Shown: piece by piece, positions 8,559 through 15,814 of the stretch
Position numbering within the stretch: the stretch's first letter is position 1
How the letters are laid out: every line of letters starts with the position of its first letter
Assembly (NCBI RefSeq): GCF_000011125.1
Contig: NC_000854.2
Span: 540,001-572,000 of the forward strand
DNA: 32,000 nucleotides
Origin: Aeropyrum pernix K1
Lineage (GTDB): Archaea > Thermoproteota > Thermoprotei_A > Sulfolobales > Acidilobaceae
Direction: 5' to 3'
Program-made: the position numbers and the translations under genes
The notes under the pieces: model-generated
The model's database searches: none
What the model saw: only the letters and a program-made list of their open reading frames with translations
What the model was told of the DNA's origin: nothing

Positions 8559-9197
8559 CTAGCGTTTTTGATGGCATAGATTTAGGGCTTCCTCTGCTAT
8601 TTGTACTAAATAAGTTTTTTGAACAAATCCTACTAATTCATTTATAGTCTTACTTGTTTCTTCCGTTATAGGGTTGTCGAGTTGCTTTAGTAGGATTCTT
8701 GTTCTATCTAGTATTTCTGTTGATCCCGTAGTTTCTGCTGCTCTTTTAATGATCTCTAGAGCTTCTTTTGGTCTTGGCATTGAAAATATATCGTGTCCTT
8801 GGCTGGAGGAGGTTAGTGGCGTAATGGCTAGGGAGCGGCTTTTAATGGCCTCTGGTAGGCCCCAGCAGATGATTATATATCCTTTGAATGGATCACTATA
8901 ATTATGTTTCTTTGCTTCGGCAACAGCTTTAAGGAGCGTTAATAGCGAGGCTGCAATATCTGGCTTCATTGATTCTATTACTTGTTGTTGGGCTAATTCT
9001 CTTGTGTAATAAGCTTGATAGTATATTGCTCCTAGCACGAAGAGAGATATTATTACGCTAATTATAGTTAGCACGCCTGATGTTACATCCCATAAAGGGA
9101 TAAAGCCTTTAATATATAAAAGCCAACTTACTACAATGATGACCAAAGAGACTACAAACAAAATTACACTTACAAGCTTTGGCTTCAGATCCATCAT
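8559..9197 (-). CDS. membrane protein, two N-terminal TM helices, unknown function
   Basis: ORF 8559..9350 minus; likely start at ATG 9197 (MMDLKPKLVSVILFVVSLVIIVVSWLLY); AT-rich TATA-like box at 9231-9244. Confidence 0.7.
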   Translation of the reverse strand: MMDLKPKLVSVILFVVSLVIIVVSWLLYIKGFIPLWDVTSGVLTIISVIISLFVLGAIYYQAYYTRELAQQQVIESMKPDIAASLLTLLKAVAEAKKHNYSDPFKGYIIICWGLPEAIKSRSLAITPLTSSSQGHDIFSMPRPKEALEIIKRAAETTGSTEILDRTRILLKQLDNPITEETSKTINELVGFVQKTYLVQIAEEALNLCHQKR

Positions 9198-9245
9198 CTC
9201 CCAGAGAATACTTAGACTATAGCAATACCATATTTTATTTTTATG

Positions 9246-9288
9246 GTTAGAGAAGCTTCTTATATGAGGATTGTAGTTGCCCTCTAAC
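9246..9288. repeat. bipartite inverted repeat copy 5, degenerate right arm CCCTCTAAC (43 bp)
   Basis: GTTAGAGAA at 9246, CCCTCTAAC ending 9288. Confidence 0.7.
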
Positions 9289-9380
9289 TCCGGATTTCTA
9301 TGCTCTCTTGTAAGGAGTTGTCTCTGCGTCTCGTGGCTCCTGTTAATCATGGTTGATGGACGTGGCGGTGTCGGGGTGGG

Positions 9381-9525
9381 TATATAATAAGGTGTTAGAG
9401 AATGTTAGGGCACTATGCTGAGGAACCTTCTCTAACACCTACTGTTGGCGCGAGCCCGTGTTGAGTCTTGATCTATCTATGAATGCTATAGCCTTGTAAT
9501 GCATGGTTTATACTGCTTATGACTT
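9381..9525. repeat. intergenic repeat B, homologous to 6690..6825
   Basis: See repeat A. Confidence 0.65.
9394..9436. repeat. bipartite inverted repeat copy 6 (43 bp)
   Basis: GTTAGAGAATGTTAGGGCACTATGCTGAGGAACCTTCTCTAAC. Confidence 0.9.
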
Positions 9526-9571
9526 CCGCCTCTGAGTTTTAACTACTTAAAGCCCTAACTCCAGTCATGGT

Positions 9572-9614
9572 GTTAGAGAATGTTTTAGGCGGTTTTGAAC
9601 AGTCGTTCTCTAAC
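9572..9614. repeat. bipartite inverted repeat copy 7 (43 bp)
   Basis: GTTAGAGAATGTTTTAGGCGGTTTTGAACAGTCGTTCTCTAAC. Confidence 0.9.
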
Positions 9615-9700
9615 ACCCTTATTATACGTTTCAGGTTGCTCCGTGCTGTTTCCAGTCTTCATCTAGTATGTTGCATGGCGCATATAGTATGTAGGGTGGG

Positions 9701-9979
9701 TTGGTGTCTGTGCATGTGGATAGGTTTGTAGCAGTAGTGGATTATATTATAGATATTGTTGCGGGTGTTTTGATGGCGTTCTTCATGGTGGTGTTTGGCT
9801 GGTTTCTGAAGGGAGCATATGAAGTGCATAGGGCTGGTGCTTGCGATGGGCTCTGCATGAATCTATTTGTTCTGAGCCTGATAGGGTTCATGCTTGCTAC
9901 CGCGCTTTCCCTCTTCTTTTCTAGGTCAATACTGAGGAAGCTAGGGGGTGCAAGTGATGGTCCTAGAGTATGTGCGTAG
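9701..9979 (+). CDS. small two-TM membrane protein
   Basis: IVAGVLMAFFMVVFGWFL and LFVLSLIGFMLATALSLFF segments; downstream of TATA-like TTATTATA 9619-9626. Confidence 0.65.
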   Translation: MVSVHVDRFVAVVDYIIDIVAGVLMAFFMVVFGWFLKGAYEVHRAGACDGLCMNLFVLSLIGFMLATALSLFFSRSILRKLGGASDGPRVCA

Positions 9980-10436
9980 GCTTGTTGGGGCTAGGGAGAA
10001 GCCTGATCCCCGTGAGCTTTTGGGTTTGGTGGAGGCGGTTGATGCTGGGCAGCAGCAGGGTGGTGCGCCCCCGTTCGACTTGTATACGTTGCTTGAGGAC
10101 GAGAAGGTTGGGCGCGAGCTGTGGCCCTATATTCTGGGGTTTGTGGCGAGGGATACGAAGCTCACCTACTTTACGGAGAGGGATGAGGAGTACCTGTTCT
10201 GGAAGATCGAGGCGATAGCGACTAAGATAGAGATGGCGCTGAACTCGCAGACCCCGCCGCCCGACCGGTTCCCCAGGGTTGAGGATTACGTGAAGGTTGT
10301 GGAGGCGCAGCGGCTGCTGGCGGACAACCTGAGGGTGCTGATGCTGGCGGCCGTGAGGCGCTCCACACTGGGCTTCGAGAGGAGGCTGCAGGCGATGCGC
10401 CACTTCGTCTTCTCCTACTCGGACAGGAGGTTCTAG
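9957..10436 (+). CDS. hypothetical protein (ORF extends from 9948; ATG 9957 preferred)
   Basis: Overlaps previous gene; compact gene cluster. Confidence 0.65.
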   Translation: MVLEYVRRLVGAREKPDPRELLGLVEAVDAGQQQGGAPPFDLYTLLEDEKVGRELWPYILGFVARDTKLTYFTERDEEYLFWKIEAIATKIEMALNSQTPPPDRFPRVEDYVKVVEAQRLLADNLRVLMLAAVRRSTLGFERRLQAMRHFVFSYSDRRF

Positions 10437-10441
10437 GGGCC

Positions 10442-11401
10442 TTGATGGGCGCGCTCATGCTGCTGGGCATGGCCCTCGGGGGGCTGGCGGGCCTGGGGGC
10501 TGGCTACCTGCTCTACCCCTCGAGGCCCGACCTGGCCCTCCTGGCGGGGCTGGGCGCCGGTTCGGCCCTGGGCTGGGCTATGGGGTTCTTCTACTGGAGC
10601 TTCGGGGTTCCACCGGCGTTCAAGCAGGCTATGCGGGCTGCTAGAACCGGGTTCCTTATTGTGGCTGTGGGGGCGGACAAGAAGGCCCGCCTCCTCCCGG
10701 GGTTCAGCGACGGCTTCGTGGTCCGCCCGGCGCCTAGGCCCTACAGGGATAAGTACGCGTGGGCGGCGGACGGGGAGAGCAGCTACCCTATCCACGGGGG
10801 CCGGGGGACCCAGCTCCTCGTAACATTCATGGGCTACCCCTTCCCCCTGGAGGCCGGGAAGGCGGCGGCCGTCTCGAAGTTCAGGGAGAGGGGGTTCAGG
10901 AGCATTGAGGACCTGAAGACGGCGGTGGAGCTGCCTACTGTGGAGGAGATTGAGGCCCGGATGCGGGAGCTGGAGGCGGCTAGGGCCTCTATAGAGAAGA
11001 TGGACGAGGGGGAGGTTAGGCGGCTCTACGGCGAGGATAAGCGCCAGCTTCTCGCTGAGGTTGATAGGGAGCTGGAGCGGCTGGAGAGGGTTAGAGAACT
11101 CGTTAAGGAGTACGGCGGCGGCAGTTCTCTAACCGTTAACGTGGACGGCGCCACGGTGAGGGCCTCGGACCTCATCTCCTACCTCGTCTGGCGCCACCAT
11201 CCGAGCGAGATCGACAGGATAGTGAAGGCTGAGACCAACGCGGTGCTCTCCAGGCTCTCCGCTGTGGACTGGCTGAGGCAGCTCCTGCCGGTCATCATAG
11301 TGACGGGTATGTTCGTGCTGGGTATCATAGTGGTGGTGTACATGCTGAAGGGTGGCGGGCCCCCGGCGCCGGTCGAGTCCATAGCTATAGGGGGTGGGTA
11401 G
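10442..11401 (+). CDS. membrane protein with N- and C-terminal hydrophobic segments and coiled-coil middle; candidate virion/morphogenesis protein
   Basis: ORF in tight cluster; MLLGMALGGLAGLGAGYLLYPS ... LLPVIIVTGMFVLGIIVVVYML. Confidence 0.7.
   Translation: MMGALMLLGMALGGLAGLGAGYLLYPSRPDLALLAGLGAGSALGWAMGFFYWSFGVPPAFKQAMRAARTGFLIVAVGADKKARLLPGFSDGFVVRPAPRPYRDKYAWAADGESSYPIHGGRGTQLLVTFMGYPFPLEAGKAAAVSKFRERGFRSIEDLKTAVELPTVEEIEARMRELEAARASIEKMDEGEVRRLYGEDKRQLLAEVDRELERLERVRELVKEYGGGSSLTVNVDGATVRASDLISYLVWRHHPSEIDRIVKAETNAVLSRLSAVDWLRQLLPVIIVTGMFVLGIIVVVYMLKGGGPPAPVESIAIGGG
11090..11133. repeat. bipartite inverted repeat copy 8, inside CDS (44 bp)
   Basis: GTTAGAGAACTCGTTAAGGAGTACGGCGGCGGCAGTTCTCTAAC. 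Confidence 0.88.
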
Positions 11402-11404
11402 GCT

Positions 11405-11809
11405 TTGGGCTACAGCAGGTTCAGGACTGTTAAGAGCCTGCAGCCCGGCTTCATAGCCGTCATCTCCGAGGTGGCCCTGGAGGCTGTTAAGGCTAAGATC
11501 GCCGCCTCGAGGAACCCCTTCGCCGCCTACGACTACGCCGAGGCCCTGGACGCCCTGATATCCGTTCTGCCGCCGGAGGCCAAGCAGGACATTACCAAGC
11601 GGCTCGGGGTTGACGTGGATATTGTCGTCGAGGAGGCCCTCGGTAGCTGCTCGAGGGATCCGAACGCGCATCCCTACGTAAACGAGGCCAGATGCCTCCG
11701 GAGGGTCAAGGAGGACCTAGACAAGCTGCTCCGAGTTGTTTTCGACGTAGCCCACAGGAGGGGCTTGTTCGTGGTTGAGAGGGAGGTGCTGTACGGTGGG
11801 GAGGCGTAG
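11405..11809 (+). CDS. hypothetical protein, 134 aa
   Basis: ORF between two coupled genes. Confidence 0.65.
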   Translation: MGYSRFRTVKSLQPGFIAVISEVALEAVKAKIAASRNPFAAYDYAEALDALISVLPPEAKQDITKRLGVDVDIVVEEALGSCSRDPNAHPYVNEARCLRRVKEDLDKLLRVVFDVAHRRGLFVVEREVLYGGEA

Positions 11810-12668
11810 GATAGAGGATGTCCTTGAGATACTCGAGTCCGGGGATCTAGGTGAGATAGACGGGGTGGCGGAGAACGCGAGGGAGTTCTATGAGAGGCCT
11901 GAGGAGGCCGAGGAGTCCGGCGTGGGCTGGAGCATCCTCGCCGGGTGGATGGAGTCGGCGTTCAGGACCGGCGGGTTCAACTCGGTTATAGTCTACGGGA
12001 AGCAGGGGGCCGGTAAGTCCGTGTACGCCATTAAGGTTGTCTACGACCTGCTCCGCAGGCTGGGCGTGGTGCCCGCTAGCTCGACCAGCCGCATAGTCTT
12101 CAAGCGGTACATGGTTTTCTCCGCGTCCCACTTCATCGGGAAGATCAAGAACGCCCGGGGGGCTAGGCTGCCAGCGGTGATATGGGACGATGCGGGGGTC
12201 CACGGGGGGTCCTACCTGTTCTTCACCGACGTGTTCCTGGCTAAGGCTTTGGGCGACCTCTTCAGGGTCGCCAGGACCAGGGTGGCCAACATAATCTTCA
12301 CAACCCCCAGCCCCCGGGACCTGCTGAAGCCGTTTCGCTCCTACGACACGATTATAGTCTATGTGCACGAGATGGACGAGGTTTGGTCGAGGGCACACAT
12401 CTACAAGATGAGGCTCCTGCCCTCCGGCGATGTACGGGTTCAGAAGAAGGCTATGGAGGACTTCCGGAGGAGGCTTAGGACCTACGACGAGTACATCAGG
12501 ATTAGGGATAGGTATGTTGACGAGGCTATTGACGCTTTGGAGGAGCTTATGCTGGTCAAGTATGCTGAGAGGGCTATGAAGAGGGCCAGGCTGTTTGAGA
12601 AGGCTGCAAGGCTGGGGGGCTGGAGGGGGTTTGAGGCAGAGGACCAAGGATCCTATCGGGACGATTAG
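11796..12668 (+). CDS. P-loop ATPase, candidate virus morphogenesis/DNA translocation ATPase
   Basis: Walker A VYGKQGAGKSVYAIKV, Walker B-like LPAVIWDDAGVH, sensor-like ANIIFTTPSPRDL; start uncertain (11775 or 11796, both possible). Confidence 0.75.
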   Translation: MGRRRIEDVLEILESGDLGEIDGVAENAREFYERPEEAEESGVGWSILAGWMESAFRTGGFNSVIVYGKQGAGKSVYAIKVVYDLLRRLGVVPASSTSRIVFKRYMVFSASHFIGKIKNARGARLPAVIWDDAGVHGGSYLFFTDVFLAKALGDLFRVARTRVANIIFTTPSPRDLLKPFRSYDTIIVYVHEMDEVWSRAHIYKMRLLPSGDVRVQKKAMEDFRRRLRTYDEYIRIRDRYVDEAIDALEELMLVKYAERAMKRARLFEKAARLGGWRGFEAEDQGSYRDD

Positions 12669-12706
12669 GATCTCCCAGCTACTGTTAAACCTGGTGGAGC
12701 AGATGT

Positions 12707-12748
12707 GTTAGAGAATGTTTTCTCGTGATGGTCTAGTTGTTCTCTAAC
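12707..12748. repeat. bipartite inverted repeat copy 9 (42 bp)
   Basis: GTTAGAGAATGTTTTCTCGTGATGGTCTAGTTGTTCTCTAAC. Confidence 0.9.
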
Positions 12749-12806
12749 ACATCCTTTATAAACCGGCTCCTCAAGCTGCATTCTTATTTGGGGGTCACCG
12801 CGGGCT

Positions 12807-13472
12807 ATGCCTTCTAAGGCTGAGACGGCAGCGCTGCTGCGGGGCTTGGGCTACTCCTATCTTGAGATAGCTAGGGAGCTCTATCCTGGGGACTACCGGC
12901 GTTATCGTGAGACTGGGGATAGGAGGCTTTATCAGCTTTTGAAGAAGAGGGTTTGGAAGCTGCTTAGGCTTGCCGGGGGTGGTGGATCCCGGGGTAATGG
13001 GGTGGTGGACCCTCCCGCCGGGTGGACCCTTGAGGTGGAGTTTGACGAGTCCGGCTGGGAGAGGGACAGCCCCACCCCCCGCGCGCCCCCGGAGCTGCCC
13101 CATCCTAGGGAGCGTAAGCGGGGGCTGCGGGGTTTCGAGAGGCAGGTGGTGGAGTATGAGCAGCTCCTCTACTATTATTACACGAGGCATCTGAAGGGTT
13201 ACGACTCCTCGGGCGTCATCTGGGGGACTATAAAGCTGGTGCACGGCCGGGCTTTCAGGGGGTTCTACGAGGAGCACGGGGTTAACGTTTGGCGGAGGGA
13301 GAAGGCGGGGCGGGTCGCCAGGGCTTATGTTTACTCTGTTATGGTTGTTTCTCTGTGGCTCCACGGCTACTGGTTCTACAGCGAGCTTAGGGAGCGGCTT
13401 AGGAGGGCGCTTGACGTGGATAGGGAGGATGTGGCCAAGGTGCTTCCGCTTGTGATGGGTACTGTGGTCTAG
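12807..13472 (+). CDS. hypothetical protein with N-terminal HTH-like segment
   Basis: ETAALLRGLGYSYLEIARELYPGDYRRYRETGDRRLYQLLKKRVWKLL; preceded by TATA-like TTTATAAA 12755-12762. Confidence 0.7.
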   Translation: MPSKAETAALLRGLGYSYLEIARELYPGDYRRYRETGDRRLYQLLKKRVWKLLRLAGGGGSRGNGVVDPPAGWTLEVEFDESGWERDSPTPRAPPELPHPRERKRGLRGFERQVVEYEQLLYYYYTRHLKGYDSSGVIWGTIKLVHGRAFRGFYEEHGVNVWRREKAGRVARAYVYSVMVVSLWLHGYWFYSELRERLRRALDVDREDVAKVLPLVMGTVV

Positions 13473-13495
13473 AGCATTACATCTTTGGGTGCCGC

Positions 13496-14215
13496 TTGGT
13501 GCTTCCACCTAGGCTCCGCGGGAACCCGGTCCTCTCCAGGTATGCCCGGTTCTATAAGACCCCCTCACCCCCGGCTCCAGCGGTGACCAGGGGCGCCCCG
13601 GGTCCCCGCCCGACGGGCTCTAGGCCTCCGCGCTCCGGCTCCAGGGCTTCCGGTAGGGGCCGGGACCTTGTGGATGCGCTTCTAAAGGAGGGTCTTGCAT
13701 ACAGGGATGAGGAGCGCGGGTATGTTGTTTTGAAGAGGCCCGACGCCTTCAAGATCCTGGAGGGGAGGAGGGCTTCTAGGTCGAGGCCGAAGACAGCCAG
13801 CGTAGGCTGGGAGGAGCTGGAGAGGAGGAGGTGGGATAGGAGGGTTGAGAGGGCCGCGAGCTTCGCCTACACCTCGACGCCGGGGAGCGCTATACTTGAC
13901 GACGTCCACTCGCAGGACACTCTGAACAGGTGGATGGAGCAGTGGGTGCAGAAGCTCGTGTCGGAGGGGTACAGCGAGAAGAGCGCCAGGTCTATGGCCG
14001 CGAATATGCTGGGAGGCGACTTCAGGGAGGATTTCGAGGCGGCGGTAAGGCAGATGATGAACGAGCTGGGCCCGGGGTCGAGGCTGTACACGTGGTACGG
14101 TGAGGGCGGGTGGCATGTTACCGTGTTCAACCCGAGGACCGGCCGGAAGAAGAGCCTCAGCTTGAAGGAGTTCGCCAGCAGCTGGGAGCCCGACTTTGTC
14201 ACGGTTTGGGACTGA
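13496..14215 (+). CDS. hypothetical protein with Pro/Arg-rich N terminus
   Basis: Complete ORF, compact arrangement. Confidence 0.6.
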   Translation: MVLPPRLRGNPVLSRYARFYKTPSPPAPAVTRGAPGPRPTGSRPPRSGSRASGRGRDLVDALLKEGLAYRDEERGYVVLKRPDAFKILEGRRASRSRPKTASVGWEELERRRWDRRVERAASFAYTSTPGSAILDDVHSQDTLNRWMEQWVQKLVSEGYSEKSARSMAANMLGGDFREDFEAAVRQMMNELGPGSRLYTWYGEGGWHVTVFNPRTGRKKSLSLKEFASSWEPDFVTVWD

Positions 14216-14230
14216 GGGTGGTGTGGTTGC

Positions 14231-15496
14231 ATGCTGAGGCGTCGTGTTCTGATGGACGGCGGGGGCTCGGCTGGCTCCGCCCCCTCCTCCCCCGGCTCTT
14301 CTAGGCCCCCGGACTACAGCCTCTACGAGTCTCAACCCCGACCGGCACCCGCGTCCTGGAGCCCCCTGGGTGTGCTGGCCTCTGCTCTCGACGCCCCCTA
14401 CAGTTTTGTCCAGGAGAGGGGGTGGGGGGTTGTTGAGAGGCTTAGGAGGAGGGCGTTGAGGGAGAAGGCTGAGGGGGACTATGCCGAGGGGTTTCTCTGG
14501 GCTCTGGGCGCCTCTGCCGCTAGCTTCGGCGTGGGCGTGGCGGCCGGTGTTACGGGGCTCTTCAGCCCTAGGGCCTGGAGGGAGGCTTTCCACGCCTTCA
14601 TGCACCCGGGGGAGACTGTGAGGGCCGTGGCGTCCGACCCTCTGTCGTGGCCGTATCTTGCGGGGTCTGTGGTCGGGCCTGCTAAGCTGGGGAGGGCTGT
14701 TGGGCGGAGGCTGGGGAGGGTTAGAGAACCCGATTTAGCCTCTACCAGCGAGGGTTCTCTAACACTTGTGGCCGCCAAGGGAGAAAGGCTCAGATGGGCG
14801 GCCAGGCTCGAGGCAAGAGGCCCCACAGTAGGGGTTAAGGGTGTGAAGCCCAGGCCCCCGCCAGACAGGCTCGTCACCCTCGAGACCCCGAGGGGTAGGG
14901 TTGAGCTGCTCGAGTCTAGGCGGGGCTCCACCGTTAGGAGGGTCTATAGGGCTGAGTACAGGGATGTGGGGAAGAAGCTGCTGGGGGTTGAGGAGTGGAG
15001 TGTCGAGGGCTGGCTGAGGCCTAGGTACCGGTACCGGGGGCTGCTTGTCGACCCGGAGACGCCCGGGGCGGCCGTCCTCCTGGAGGCCCGGAGGCCGTTG
15101 TTGAGGGGTGTGGATCTGCCGCCTCCCAGACTGTGGGTCGAGCCTAGGCTTGCCGCTCCCGCCGGGGCTGTAGGCCTTATACTAGGCCTCGGCGCCGCCG
15201 GGACCGGTGCTCGGGGCGGTTTGGAGGGTGGTGCCGCTGGGCGGCCTGCTGAGGCGGGTGCCCGGGGGCTTGTGTCCGGGTCCTCTCTGGCCGGGGGTGA
15301 GGCCGCGGCCTCTACCCTGGCGGGGGCCTCGGCCGCGTCTTCCCCGGCGGAGCCCTCTGCAGCCTCAGCCGGGCGCGGGGGTCCTGAGGCTCCCCCGCTC
15401 CTGGGGTCTGGTTCCCGGGGGAGGCGTGGCAGGAGGGGGAAGCTGGCTTACTCGGAGATCCTGTATCCTGGCGGCGTGCTTCTGGAGCTTCTCTAG
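14231..15496 (+). CDS. hypothetical protein with central and C-terminal hydrophobic segments and Ala/Ser/Pro-rich tail; candidate structural protein
   Basis: Complete ORF; GAVGLILGLGAAGTGARGG and low-complexity tail. Confidence 0.6.
   Translation: MLRRRVLMDGGGSAGSAPSSPGSSRPPDYSLYESQPRPAPASWSPLGVLASALDAPYSFVQERGWGVVERLRRRALREKAEGDYAEGFLWALGASAASFGVGVAAGVTGLFSPRAWREAFHAFMHPGETVRAVASDPLSWPYLAGSVVGPAKLGRAVGRRLGRVREPDLASTSEGSLTLVAAKGERLRWAARLEARGPTVGVKGVKPRPPPDRLVTLETPRGRVELLESRRGSTVRRVYRAEYRDVGKKLLGVEEWSVEGWLRPRYRYRGLLVDPETPGAAVLLEARRPLLRGVDLPPPRLWVEPRLAAPAGAVGLILGLGAAGTGARGGLEGGAAGRPAEAGARGLVSGSSLAGGEAAASTLAGASAASSPAEPSAASAGRGGPEAPPLLGSGSRGRRGRRGKLAYSEILYPGGVLLELL
14720..14763. repeat. bipartite inverted repeat copy 10, inside CDS (44 bp)
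   Basis: GTTAGAGAACCCGATTTAGCCTCTACCAGCGAGGGTTCTCTAAC. Confidence 0.9.
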
Positions 15497-15520
15497 ACGC
15501 ACCCTCCTATTGGGGGGGCG

Positions 15521-15811
15521 ATGGCTGCTAGGGCTTGGGTTGTTGCGGTTGTCGGGTTCTTCGTCATGTGGCTTATGTTCCAGGTCGTGGGGTGGGTTAT
15601 CGGCGTTATATGGGGTGTGTGGCAGCAGCTTGACCAGGCGACCGCGGGTACCATGATAGAGCCGCCTCAGGATTGGAAGAACATGCTGAACAGCCTGTAC
15701 AGCAACATGCTTGGCATATGGAACTATCTCCCGGTGGTTGTGCTGCTCTCCGCAGTGGTGTACATAATAATCGAGAGCCTGCGTAGGAGGCCGGAGGAGT
15801 ACTACGTCTAG
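15521..15811 (+). CDS. small two-TM membrane protein
   Basis: AWVVAVVGFFVMWLMFQVVGWVIGVIWG ... YLPVVVLLSAVVYIIIESL. Confidence 0.65.
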   Translation: MAARAWVVAVVGFFVMWLMFQVVGWVIGVIWGVWQQLDQATAGTMIEPPQDWKNMLNSLYSNMLGIWNYLPVVVLLSAVVYIIIESLRRRPEEYYV

Positions 15812-15814
15812 GGG

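Noticed and set aside
11847-12647. 266-aa minus-strand ORF
   Set aside because: Antisense to the P-loop ATPase gene; Pro/His-rich shadow sequence.
12795-13508. 237-aa minus-strand ORF and other long minus-strand ORFs at 13682..14605 and 22182..22886
   Set aside because: Antisense to better plus-strand ORFs; low-complexity proline/arginine-rich translations typical of GC-rich shadows.
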